Shown: positions 40,518 to 52,189, counted from the first letter of the stretch. The stretch: 64,000 nt of DNA from Carcharhinus amblyrhynchos (GCA_965287045.1 OZ336885.1:37386001-37450000); one strand, 5' to 3'. Translations and numbers: made by a program. Notes: generated by a model not told the origin, from the letters alone.

Positions 40518-41851
40518 CAGGTTATTGTCATATATACAAATAATGGCATAAATATTGCCTGTGGAAGCTCACATGGTTAAAACGTATTTTAAAGATACTG
40601 TTTTCATGTGACATCAACAGTTTTACATAAAAGAAATGGCATATTTGTCTTTGTTTTATACCTTACCCTTGGGACATTTTATCACATTAAAGGCACTGTA
40701 TAATATAAATTCATCGCCTTTCAATCCTCATGATGAGATCTGGTTTCGCAGGTACCAATAACCCTCCTGTTAAATCAAGAGACTATACTCTTCATTGGTA
40801 AGTCTGATTAGCATTAGATAGCTCAACTGAAGGGGGCATTATCATTATCTTCAGTGCTAGCCACATTCACTTTCTACCAGGGATCATAAGATAAGTAATC
40901 AGGAGCAGAAATGGCGCTTTATTTTTGCCCCTCACCTGAGCCCAGGAGCTCTTTGGCCAATTTTGCACCCTCAGATCCTCCTGCAATAGCTAAGATCAGG
41001 TAAATCAGTATGGGTCAGTTGAGCTTTGTAATACTGTGACCATATTCTTGTTCCAAGATGTTTGTTAAACTATCCTGATGGTTGCGCAAACAGTGGATGA
41101 GGGCCCAATTCCGGTTCTAATTGCAGCGTTAACTTCCGAACAAATTTAATTTACATCTGTTATCCATATCAAAAAACTGTGACAAGAAAATAAACCTTGC
41201 AACAATAATAATGATTCTCTGGAATGCTGAGTCCAACTGAAAGCTTTTGCGGATTTTGTTCTTCAGATTTTTATACATGTCAATTTTGTCCCCTTCTTTT
41301 GACTCTACCAAGCTAAAGTTCAATGAAACTGGACACCTTCTGAAACGTCATCCAAGTGACCATTATTTATGTGCAAGCCTTGAGGGTGAAGATTAGTAGG
41401 AATCACTGACGCACATGATTCTTTGCTCACCTAATTTTTGTACACACTTCCAACAAGGATTGGTCATCACAGATCAAGAGGAGGCTCAGTTTACTCTTCA
41501 TAATTTAGGGGCAACAAGGTCAGATGTGACACCCCGGTCTTTGACACAGCTCGTTCACCCAGACCAAGAGCTGGATTGGATGTCTTAGACACTCACTAGC
41601 TGAAATCATTGGACCACCAGGGGAGCTCAAGCTGCTTTTTCTTGCTACTTGAGCAGTCAAAACGCTCGTCAGCTATTTCAACTGAGATTGTAATTGGAAT
41701 CAGACACTGCCTGTAATAAACAAAGATGAAATAAAAGATCACTTCACAGTAAATTGCACCATTGGCATCAGCTGCCAGGAACTCGAGTGCATTTTCTGCT
41801 CAGAGAGCATCAAAAGGACAAGCAAAAATTAAAGATAAAATTGTTTGTTCA

Positions 41852-42140
41852 GTATGGTGGCACAGTGATTAGCATTGCTGCCTCACAGCACTAGGGACTT
41901 GGGTTCAATTCCCGCCTTGGTTCACTTTCTGTGCATGTTCTCTCTGTGTCTGTCTGGATTTCCTTCAGATGCTCCGGTTTCCTTCCACTAGTCCGAACAA
42001 TGTGCTGGTTAGGTGCATTGGCCATGCTAAATTCTCCCTCAGCGTACTTGAACAGGTGCTGGAGTGTGGCGACAAGGGGATTTTCACAGTAACTTCACTG
42101 CAGTGTTAATGTAAGCCTAGTTGTGACTAATGAATAAAGT
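41852..42140 (+). mobile_element. V-SINE type B
   Basis: Head, V-core and type B tail. Confidence 0.9.
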
Positions 42141-44184
42141 AGAATTGTTTTACTAGTACAATTTGAACTTCTGTTATCCTACTGATAGAATCAGATGCAG
42201 ATACATACACTGAATTGAAAAATATCAATTTGCTAATTTTCAGTTGCTCCAAATTAATTACACCTGCTATAAAAATATCAGAGAAAAAAATCATTGCTTA
42301 TAATATAGATAACCAGCTTTTTACAACAGTAAATAGCAAGTGACTTGAAACTGGATACAAAGAGGCAAATAGGAGACCAAGTTAGAAAACTGAATTCTAA
42401 TGGGGAAGAAAGCTATTGAAATGCCTAATATACTGTGGCCATTTTATATATTTGTCCATGTTTTCCTAGCCACTGACAAGAAATATTCATTCACCTGGAC
42501 TATATCCAGTTTAAAAAACAAATAACCCTATTATTTCTGTACATAGTTTCATTTTTTGCAATGATCAATATGCCATCATAACCTTATGTCGTGTCCTTAA
42601 GTCATGAAAGAGATGGTAAACTGTACAAATCAAGCCTTATCTATTTTTTTGATTTTAAAAAGTGGACCTTGCTGAACCAAAACGTGACTGCTACAGATCA
42701 CAAGATTCACAAATTGGCTACTGTTTCTGGAAATTTTCCACAGTATTTACTGGAAAATGCTCAACCCTCATCTCATGCCTCTCATTATGAGGACACATTA
42801 CAATCAATGAAACCAGGGACCAGCAAATAATCTGGTTCTTAACAAAGGGAGAACCATCAAAACCTGTTATACCTGCAGAGGCTTTAAAATTTATCTCTTA
42901 AGGTAAACAATGGATTTTAATCAGAGCAAGGGAAACTGCTTGTTAGCTTGCAACTGACATATTAATGGACAACAAAGCATCAGCATCTTGTCTTTGGACA
43001 GTTTAAATATTGCACTTCTAGACTTGCAAATCAGTCTGCTGTTTAACTCCAGCCTGCAAATATCAAAGTAGGACTCCATGCTGGCCAGCAGCCTGCATCA
43101 AGTCTAAGCCTCCTGGAAGCCTAATTTCTCTGGAAAATCCCTGTCACCGGCTGCTGAACAGACTAAGAGTACAATATACAAACCTCATCTCACTGCGTCC
43201 CCATCAATGTTGAATGAATTCTCAACTCCTGCTTCAGTTAACTGAACCCACCTGAACTGTAGCTCTTCCATGAAGGAACCCACACTTGACTCTGACTTTC
43301 TGGATTCTGGTAAGCACTTGAACTGATACCCATACCTGTGGTGCTGATTCTTTTCAAATTATTCTTAATTATAAAAACCCCTTCGTTCCTATCTTCTTAT
43401 TGTGTGCTTGTGTTTCGTAACCCTCTAAAGAAGGTTGAATAAAGAGAGATAAAATTGATCTAATCTTTCTCTTATAAGGGTGAACTGTCTTGGGCTCACC
43501 CACAAGAAGAAACTTCCTTTCCATGTCCACGTTGTTGAAACCATTCAGGATCTTATATACTTCAATCAGCTCACTCTTCTAAACTCCAGTGGAAACAAGC
43601 CCAGCCTGTCCAACCTGACACTTTAAAAATTGGCCTTACAAACAGTGGATGGGTTGGGGAAACGCGCCACAGGCTATTTCAAAAAATTAAGCTCTTTTTT
43701 CACGGGCAGACAGTGAGTGACTGAAGGAATTCAGTTTTCCTTCTCTCCTGTGTCTGCAATGCTGAGGAAACATTCTAGTGATGGCCTCAAGAAATGCTGC
43801 ATTAATGGAGGTACCATCCCTTCAATGAGATCTGTGGCCTTATCTGCCCGTCGAGGTGAATGCTAAAGAAACATCCCCCCCCCAATCCCTCCCGCCCCCC
43901 TGCCAAATCCCCCACACTCCCAACATTATTTCAAAGAAAGGCAGGCAATTCACATGGTTCTTTCCTCAATAAATTAGCATTGCCAACTGACCAGGATTTA
44001 CCCCAAAGTGTCCAGGAATTAAAGATTGATCCTCTGGACGCTGCTGAGCCTGCGAGAAACTCGGAAAAGAAAGTCTCAAGAAAATTGTGCTTTCTTTCTT
44101 CATTTATTTATACACTTTTGTTTATTAGTTGTAAGCATATTGAAGGCGAGGGAAACATATCCTCCAATGGAGTAAAGTTTTTTT

Positions 44185-44480
44185 TCTAATATCACAAGTA
44201 GGCTTACATTAACACTGCAACGAAGTTACTGTGAAAATCCCCTCGTCACCACACTCCGGCGCCTATGCGGCTACACTAAGGGAGAATTTAGCATGGCCAA
44301 TGCACCTAACCAGCATATCTTTCAGACTGTGGGAGGAAACCAGAGCAGCCGGAGGAAACACACGCAGACATGGAGAGAATGTGTAGACTTCGCACAGAGA
44401 GTGATCCAAACTGGGGAATTGAACCCAGGTACCAGGTGTTGTAAAGCAGCAGTGCTAACCACTGTGTCACCATGCTGTCC
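44185..44480 (-). mobile_element. V-SINE type B
   Basis: Head, V-core and type B tail on the minus strand. Confidence 0.9.
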
Positions 44481-44839
44481 TAGTAACAGTAGTTAGGAGT
44501 CTTTTTGCTCTCCAACTGGTGTGAATTGGTAATATGCAGAGAGGATGAACATGTTGGTTAACAGTGGTGAGGGAAGGGGAAGGAGGGTAGAGTGGCAGGG
44601 TGCTTCAGAGAGGAGATTATCTGACCAGCCATTCAGCTATTTTTGTGGATCCAGATGGAGAAGGAATGCTCACCCCTTGGCTCAGCAAAACATTCAGTGT
44701 GTTTGGCCTTGTCTCTCTCTCTCTCTGTTTCACCTTACATCCCTACCTCTCAAAGACCTAAATGGAGGCCGAACTAACATTGAGCTTGATTGAAATTTAT
44801 CAGACCCTGAATATAGAGCAGCATTTGGATTTTTTAAAA

Positions 44840-45110
44840 ACGTACTCTTCCACGGGATGAGGGTGTCTCTGGCTAGACTAGCATTTATTTGTCTTCCCTA
44901 ATTGCCTTTGCGAAGGTGGTGACGAGCCATTTTCTTGAACACTGAGTTCATATTGTGTAGGTACACCTACAATGCTGTTAGGAGTTAGTTCCAGTATTTT
45001 ACCCAGTAGCAGTGAAGGAACAGCGATATATTTCCAAATCAGGAGGAAAACTTGCAGGTGGTAGTGTTCCCATGCATATGCTGTCCTTGTCCATCTGGGT
45101 GGTGGAGCTC
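44840..45110 (-). mobile_element. Jockey-group LINE 3' end
   Basis: Same terminus as the 11750 and 18320 copies. Confidence 0.75.
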
Positions 45111-45978
45111 ACAAATTTGATGAATTTCCCTCGCCTCCCCCTTATCCCACTTATCCTTTCAATTGCACCCAATTCCCAGCCACCTGCATAGATTCCCCTG
45201 CTCCTTCCATTCCCCCATATCCTCCTATGCTCACTTACCCAGTATCCACTATGGGCAAATTTTATGAGCCCCATAGTAACATTAGAAAGTCTTTGAAATG
45301 CTAAGGAAGCTGTCAAATTCTTAAATAGCCATTCAAACTCCCCTTGAAAAGAAACATTTCTTTTAGGAACACGTAAGAAATGACAATTAAACAAACAGGC
45401 ATTTATAAACCACTTCAAAAACATAATCCTCATAGGGACTCGTAACACTATCAATCCAAATGAAGCTTACAGTCCTCTTAATAACTGTACAAACAACCCT
45501 TGTTGAGCTGAATCCATTTCAAGGGGAGTTTGAAGCTCAGACATGTATTCATAATAAGAGTTCATTGCATAACTAAGAACAAAATCTCAAAGCTGAATAC
45601 ATTAAAACCTTTGAAGCAGCCTGATTAGGTGGCCATCTCTTCCATTGATAAAAAATGGCTGGGCTGTCAATTAAAGGAGTCATACATCTATTGAGTTATA
45701 ATTAAGGCTCAGCTGATGTCAATCAATGTGGATATCAAACAATAGTGTCAAATTGGCACATTGGAACTTGAATCACAATACTGTTGATTGCAGAAATACA
45801 TTTTATCCACTGGGTAAATACTTTAAGGCATTGGACCACTTTCACAATTCTGGTCAATTTTATGGTCGCCTACCTTTTTAGAACACAATTGCGTCTTCAA
45901 TTACCACATTAAAACATGCTTAAGTCATTATACAGCATTAAAGTATGGCATGAGGTGTGCAAAGCCATTTAAACTTAC

Positions 45979-46188
45979 CTGTTAAAAGGTTCCTGGCTCC
46001 AGAATGAGCTTCTTCCATGGATCATGACCTCTCCAATTGGGAGCGAATGGGATCGCCTTTATAAGCCACCCAAACCTTCCAGACTTTATGAAAGTTGTGG
46101 TGGTTTTCAAATCACCCCCTCAACAATAGAATTGCCAGGATCAGTATTACTGAGTGCAGAGTTGTGATCCAGATCTTTATCTTGTGTC
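45979..46188 (-). other. Candidate minus-strand exon (non-coding/UTR-like)
   Basis: Minus acceptor tttcctctgtcctctgctactttcaag and donor CAG|gtaagt. Stops in all frames. Confidence 0.3.
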
Positions 46189-46329
46189 CTTGAAAGTAGC
46201 AGAGGACAGAGGAAATGGGGTCAGGAGTCTTGAAATCATGTCTGCCACCCCTCTCCCCTGTCTCCCCCACAAGATGTGGGTTTGTTACTCGTCTGGATGA
46301 CAAAACCCAGCTAACAGAATCCAACTTTT

Positions 46330-46680
46330 TTTGAGAAGTTGTGGGGGTGTTGGATGGGCAGCAATGGGGGGTCACGGGGCTGGCCAGTGATCGGGTTGGC
46401 CAGCGATTGGGAGGCCGGCAATGCGGGGTCACTGCGCTTGCACCGATCTCTGCACTGACAGATCAGCGCCTGCGCAGTGACCTGCTCAGCGCTATGCTGC
46501 TGGCCTCTCCAGCGGGCATAGACCACGTCCCTGATTTTCAGAGTGAATCTCGCTAGGGCACTCTGCAGTGCTTGGAGTGTTGGAGATTCATTCTGAAAAT
46601 CACGCTGAAAAAACCAACAAGTGTTACTCCGGGTTTCATGTGAATTCGGCACTCTGAATTCTTTTGGGAGAATTGACCCC
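46330..46680 (-). mobile_element. Harbinger-type MITE fragment
   Basis: TIR-like end cttttgggagaattgacccc; interior homologous to the 20509 and 39788 elements. Confidence 0.6.
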
Positions 46681-47049
46681 CATAAATTCATCTGATTTAA
46701 ACTTATCTGAAGGCCAGTTTCATGCCTATTGCTAAAAACCAGAACTAAAGAGGTTTTGAAACATTTGCTCTAAAATACATATCCAGCTGCGGTCAAGTGA
46801 GTGGTAAGGAGCTAGGAAAAATTAAAATAAAGTTTATTTATTAGTCACAAGTAAGGCTTTACATTAACACTGCAATGGAGTTACTGTGAAATTCTCCTAG
46901 TCGCTACACTCTGGCTCCTGTTTGGGCCAATGCACCCAACCAATAGTGTGGGAGGAAACACACGCAGACACAGAACAAATGTGTGAACTCCACATAGTAA
47001 AAAGTCTGACAACACCAGGTTTTAGTCCAACCGATTTATTTGATAATAG

Positions 47050-47089
47050 ACTCACAAGCTTTCGGGGTTAGTCCCTTCGTCAGGTGAAT
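47050..47089 (-). ncRNA. Minimal hammerhead ribozyme (mirror copy in left arm)
   Basis: Exact reverse complement of 47220-47259. Confidence 0.8.
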
Positions 47090-47219
47090 GGAGAGTTCTG
47101 GCCTCAGACAGAGCATATAAAGCACAGACAGTTTAGAGATTACTCTCTAGAGACTAATTTAGAGAGTAATCTCTAAACTGTCTGTGCTTTATATGCTCTG
47201 TCTGAGGCCAGAACTCTCC

Positions 47220-47259
47220 ATTCACCTGACGAAGGGACTAACCCCGAAAGCTTGTGAGT
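47220..47259 (+). ncRNA. Minimal type I hammerhead ribozyme (PLE-type)
   Basis: ATTCAC-CTGACGA-A-GGGACTAACCCC-GAAA-GCT-T-GTGAGT: stem I, CUGANGA core, stem II, GAAA, palindromic AGCU stem III. Predicted cleavage after 47253. Confidence 0.8.
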
Positions 47260-48969
47260 CTATTATCAAATAAATCGGTTGGACTAAAACCTGGTGTTGT
47301 CAGACTTTTTACTGTGTTTACGCCAGTCCAACGCCGGCATACCCACATCATGAACTCCACATAGACAGTGATCCAAAGCGGGAATTGAACCCAACTCCCT
47401 CGCGCTGTGAGGCAGCAATGCTAACCACTGTGCCATTGCAGTATCTCCCACCATTTATCTCTTTCCTATCCACAGCAACCTAAATCGTCAACTACAGCCT
47501 TGATGGAAAATTCCTGAGGTATCTCAGCCATTTACAAAATCACCAGTGAAGCTGAATTTCACTGAGAATTCAGATCTCTCACAATCAATTTCTAATTTGA
47601 TTCAAAATGATCCACCGGGGGTTGTTTCAATGAGATTTTAAGAACAATCTACAAAAAGGCAGAATTTCACTGATTTCTCCTTGGGAAAGAAATGTGTAAA
47701 GAACTCAGAAGTACCCTCCCCATTTGTGGTTTATTGAGAAATTTCTATAGCATGTCTTATCTCTGCTTGTGGTATGCAAAATTATATGTTCCTGAATGCC
47801 ACTTATTTCATCATGGGGTTTGATTCTAAAACTGAAATGAATTGGGAAAAGGAGGAAATAGGATGTTTATTATATGAAACCAAAGTCTTGTTGGAGAGAA
47901 AAACAGTAATTCTCAGGGCAGATATTCCTGGAAGAGAAATGGCAATGGCTGTTTTATCCAGTGTTTATTGTTTGGTTTATTCCTTCACAATCTCCTTAAG
48001 TGAAAATGTTGGAGTGTTATCATTTACAACAAAGTGGCAACCAGGTGACAGGGCAATGTCTCCCAGTGTGTTGTGGAAGAGTTAAAGTATTCACATGAGA
48101 ATGTTGACTGAGGGTGGTCACCATCTGTGTGAATTATTTGAGGTCTAATATCATCCCCATGATTTCCCCCTAAAGGGAGAGGAAGTCGGGCAGCCTCAAG
48201 TGCAATCATAAGGGATGACTTCCATTTCAGAGGAAAAGTAAATAGGCCGTTGATAGTGCTTTGGAATTAGCTTTCTGTTGGATAGTTTTTTTTTTGGTTT
48301 ACTCTCTTAACCAAACAAAGCCCATGGCTGACGTGAGAAGTGTCAGTGTGCTGCTACTGCTCTTCCAGTTTCAAATAAAACCAGCATTGGCCATCCAGGA
48401 GATGCATGTGGGTTACAAGATTCAAGGTAAATTTGATCTCTCGTGTATTTACAATGTATCAAACCAAACCAGGAAATGGATTGGTTAATAAGAAGTAATT
48501 ATCCTTAGCGCGGGCGTGAGGAGGGCCGCTATATAGAAGTGCTGAATTTCAAATTCTGGCTGCCTTTGGTTACTGTGCAGCATCATTAGCTGGAAACTGT
48601 TTATAAATAGATTTTGTTGTTTGAAATCTTTTATGTTGAATTTGCAGCCCTGATTAATCTCTGGTTGCGAATCCATATCAAGCATTATAATTAGATGCTC
48701 CAGTTCCCTTTGAGCAACTAAAAATTAAACAGCACATGTTGCTTGGTACTTGTGGTGACATAAAAAAACGAGGAACATGACATCATTGCAACCAACCAAT
48801 GTTATCTCAGATGCAACATGCAATATTGAGCACATCTGTAACAGGGGGTCACAAAGTTCCCAAATGTCCTCAAGTAAATAGGTGCTCAGTAGCAATAACA
48901 ATTACCGTTTCCAATAGTTGCACAGTAAGAAGTCTCACAACACCAGGTTAAAGGTTTATTTGTAGCAAA

Positions 48970-49006
48970 CACTAGCTTTCAGAACTGGCTGTTCCTTCAT
49001 CAGGTG
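48970..49006 (-). ncRNA. Minimal hammerhead ribozyme in Penelope pLTR
   Basis: Minus strand CAC-CTGATGA-A-GGAAC-AGCCA-GTTCT-GAAA-GCT-A-GTG. Confidence 0.75.
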
Positions 49007-49352
49007 GGGGGGGAGTTCTGATCACAAACAGGGCATATAAAGACACAAACTCAATTTACATGTATAATAATTGGAATGTGAGTCTTTACAGCTAATCAAG
49101 TCTTAAAGGTACAGACAATGTGAGTGGAGAGAGGGTTAAGCACAGGTTAAAAAGATGTGCATTGTTTCCAGACAGGAAAGTTAGTGAGATTTTGCAAGTC
49201 CAGGCAAGTTGTGGGGGTTACAGATTGTGTGACATGAACCCAAGATCCCGGTTGAGGTCATCCTCATGTGTGCGGAACTTGGCTATCAGTCTCTGCTCAG
49301 TGACTGTGCTGTTGTGTGTTATGAAGTCCACCTTGGAGAACGTTTACCTGAA

Positions 49353-49779
49353 GATCATATACCTTATATTAAGTTGATCTTTCTCAACACCCTAGCTATG
49401 ACTGTAATATTACATTCTGCACCCTCTATCTCCTCAATGAATGGTATGCTTGGTCCGTATAGCGCGTAAGAAACAATAAATCAAATCAAAATCACTGGAG
49501 AGCAAAAAAGCTGATCATAACTTTATCTTTCCTAACCCAGGGATGTGGAAGCTAATTGTTACATCCACAAGACGCACCCTGGATGAGATCAGTTCATTCA
49601 GGACAGATCAAGATGAAATCTTTGACTGTCATGATCTGCAGTTATTTGGATCAGAAATTCACTAAAACACTGGAGGAGAGCATCAGACCATTTTGACTGT
49701 AAAAGTCCCTCTCAGACAGAACAGCTTTCTTGGAAAATGTGGTGGTCATACTTGGAGACGCTGTAAATAACCCGAGGCT
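49353..49779. repeat. Inverted duplicate of 50659-51097 inserted inside the Penelope element
   Basis: Aligns end to end with the reverse complement of 50659-51097; about 25 substitutions and two small indels by manual count. Confidence 0.95.
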
Positions 49780-50954
49780 AAATGCCTGTGACCACTGAAG
49801 TGTTCCCCAACAGAAGGAGAACAGTCTTGCCTGGTGATTGTTGAGTGGTGTTCATTCATCTGTTGTCATAGCATCTGCATGGTCTCCCCAATGTACAATG
49901 CCTTCGGACATTCTTTCCTGCAGCTTATCAGGTAGACAACATTGGCCGAGTTGCAAGAGTACGTACCATGTACCTGGTGGATGGTGTTCTCACGTGAGAT
50001 GATGCATCTGTGTCGATGATCCAGCACGTCTTGCAGAGGTTGCTGTGGCAGGGTTGTGTGGTATTGTGGTCACTGTTCTCCTGAAGGCTGGGTTGTTTGC
50101 TGCGAACAATGGTCTGTTTGAGGTTGTGCGGTTGTTTGAAGGCAAGAAGTGAGGGTGTGCGGATGGCCTTGGCGAGATGTTCGTCTTCATCAATGACATG
50201 TTGATGGCTCGGAGAAGAGGACGTAGCCTCTCCGCTCTGGGGAAGTACTGGACAACAAAAGATGTTTAACCTGGCGTTGTGAGACTTCTTACTGTGTTTA
50301 TCCCAGTCTAATGCCGGCACGTCCACATCATGACTCCAATTGTTGCAGTCAGCAACTCCCAAATCACAAACAGCCTGACAAAAGAAACGGGCAACATTTT
50401 TCAAGGCTGGAATGCTAATTCCTACCAGGATATGACCGCAGTATGTTTGAACAAAACATCTTTGTTCATAATAACTGAGATTTAATTTTGCACTGATCAT
50501 TTCGTTCTTGTGAAGTCAGTAATATTTGCAGTCTGTGAGGAAATCTTGAAATAAAAGCAAGGTCAAGCCAATGCAATTCATTACAAGTTTTAATGCAAGT
50601 ATTTAAAGAATTACATTAATTAAGAAATGAAGAAGATAAGCAACTGTGGCACAATAACAGCCTTGGGTTATTTACAGTGTCTCCAAGTATGACCATCACA
50701 TTTTCCGAGATAGCTGTTCTGTCTGAGAGGGACTTTTACAGTCAAAATGGTCCGATGCTCTCCTCCAAGAGAACTTTGTTTCAGTGAGTTTCTGATCCAA
50801 ATAACTGCAGATCATGACAGTCCAAGATTTCATCTTGATCTGTCCTGAATGAACTGATCTCATCCAGGGCATGTCTTGTGGATGTAACGACTAGCTTCCA
50901 CATTCCTGGGTTAGGAAAGATAAAGTTATGATCAGCTTTTTTGCTCTCCAGTGA

Positions 50955-51405
50955 TTTTGACTTGATTTATTGTTTCTTACGTGCTATACGGACCAAGAAT
51001 ACCATTCATTGAGGAGATAGAGAGAGGGTGCAGAATGTAGCGTAACAGTCATATCGAGGGTGTTGAGAAAGATCAACTTAATATAAGGTATTCGATCCAT
51101 TCAAAAATCTGATGGCAACAGGGAAGAAGGTGTTCTTGCATTGATTGGTCCATTTCTCAGACTTTTGTATCTTTTCCCTAATGGGAAAAGGTAGAAGAGA
51201 ATATGTTCAGAGTGCATGGGGACCTTGATTATGCTGGCTGCTTTTCCAAGGCAGAGGGACATGTAGACAGAGTCAATGGATGGGAGGCTGGTTTGCCTGA
51301 TGGATTGGGCTTTGTTCACAACCCTTTGTAGTTTCTTGCAGTCTTGGTCAGAGCAGGAGCCATACCAAACATCATAGGATGCTTTCTATGATATATCTGT
51401 AAAAG
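50955..51405 (-). mobile_element. Rex1/Babar LINE 3' end
   Basis: SLPSIDSVYMSLCLGKAASIIK.P.H....F.LFPLGKRYKSL; terminal aataaatcaagtcaaa on the minus strand. Confidence 0.85.
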
Positions 51406-51819
51406 TTGCACCAAAGTTGTGTGATCTGTAAAAGTGATCGATCCCTGTTTGGAAAAATTGACTAAGTGTGGTTATGAGCTGATGAGAGTACTAGACCTAG
51501 TTGGGGCATTTCAAAAGACTTGTAAATATTAAGGAATAATGCTACTGTACAAATGAAATGCTATGTTTGTCAAACTGCGTGATCTGAAACTTTTGAGTTA
51601 CTTCTCTTCCCATCCTCTCTCTCACTCTTGCATTCATTTTCTATCCTCCTCCCTTCTTTAAAGGCACAACTTGCGCTGATGTACAGGTCCGCTAAGTTTG
51701 ATCTCTGATACCTTATCCAAGAGTCCATTCTTCATAAATGAACCTACACATGTCGTGCCGGGAATGATCTTCTACCACAAGGGGCAACACTACAAAGTTC
51801 TCTCGGTCCTCAGTATGAT

Positions 51820-51980
51820 AGCAAATAAAGACAGAAAATACTCAGCGAGTCAGGCAACATTTGCGGAGAGAGAAACAGAGTTAACTTTCCAGGTCAATGA
51901 TCTTTCATCAGAATGGACAAAGGTTAGAAATGTGATAAGTTTTAAGTAAATGGGGAAAGACGGGAAAAAGAGCAAAAGGG
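51820..51980 (-). mobile_element. pLTR fragment of another Penelope-like family with a degenerate hammerhead
   Basis: Minus strand ttctgatgaaagatcattgacctggaaagttaactctgtttctctctcc; the same tail motif occurs at ~10150-10200. Confidence 0.6.
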
Positions 51981-52189
51981 AAGGCCTTGTGTCATAGATC
52001 ACAGCAAGGACCCTGGCACAGTAGGAGTTCTGAACGCACTGAAACCCTGCGTACTGAGAGGTCCCGACCAAAGTCCGGCAGTTCTTCATTGCTTGGCAGT
52101 ATTTATTTTGTCACACATTTTGAAATGGATTGAGAAAATGAAGAAATAAAACGTCTATTATTTCTTCATAATCTCCTTAAACACTTAAT

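Larger units (their letters stand above)
46996..47350. mobile_element. Palindromic non-autonomous Penelope-like insertion (inverted pLTR arms + tail)
   Basis: Perfect 154-bp inverted arms 46996-47149 / 47160-47313 with a 10-nt loop, tail to 47350, and 14-bp TSD TGAACTCCACATAG (46984-46997, 47351-47364). Homologous to the pLTR at 48921. Confidence 0.93.
46820..47440 (-). mobile_element. V-SINE type B split by a palindromic PLE insertion
   Basis: Tail at 46820-46997; resumes at 47351 (tgaactccacatagacagtgatccaa...gctaaccactgtgcca). Confidence 0.88.
48921..50334 (-). mobile_element. Penelope-like retroelement, truncated (GIY-YIG endonuclease region + pLTR, short inverted arm + tail)
   Basis: ORF segment HVIDEDEHLAKAI.TP.LLAFKQPHNLKQTIVRSK...PCHSNLCKTC. 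pLTR at 48921-49050, inverted arm and tail at 50265-50334, TSD TCCAAT(A/T)GTTGCA at 48910-48922 and 50335-50347. Confidence 0.92.

Noticed and set aside
40752-40797. Exon-like segment (cgcag...gtaagt)
   Set aside because: Weak polypyrimidine tract, and it appears embedded in an ancient repeat similar to ~33330-33400 and ~41500-41600.
42590-43400. Possible second solo LTR
   Set aside because: LTR-like composition, but I could not define clear TG...CA termini or a TSD.
49928-50500. 190-aa ORF as an intact endonuclease gene
   Set aside because: It is a chance fusion of flank, inverted pLTR and a frameshifted Penelope fragment.
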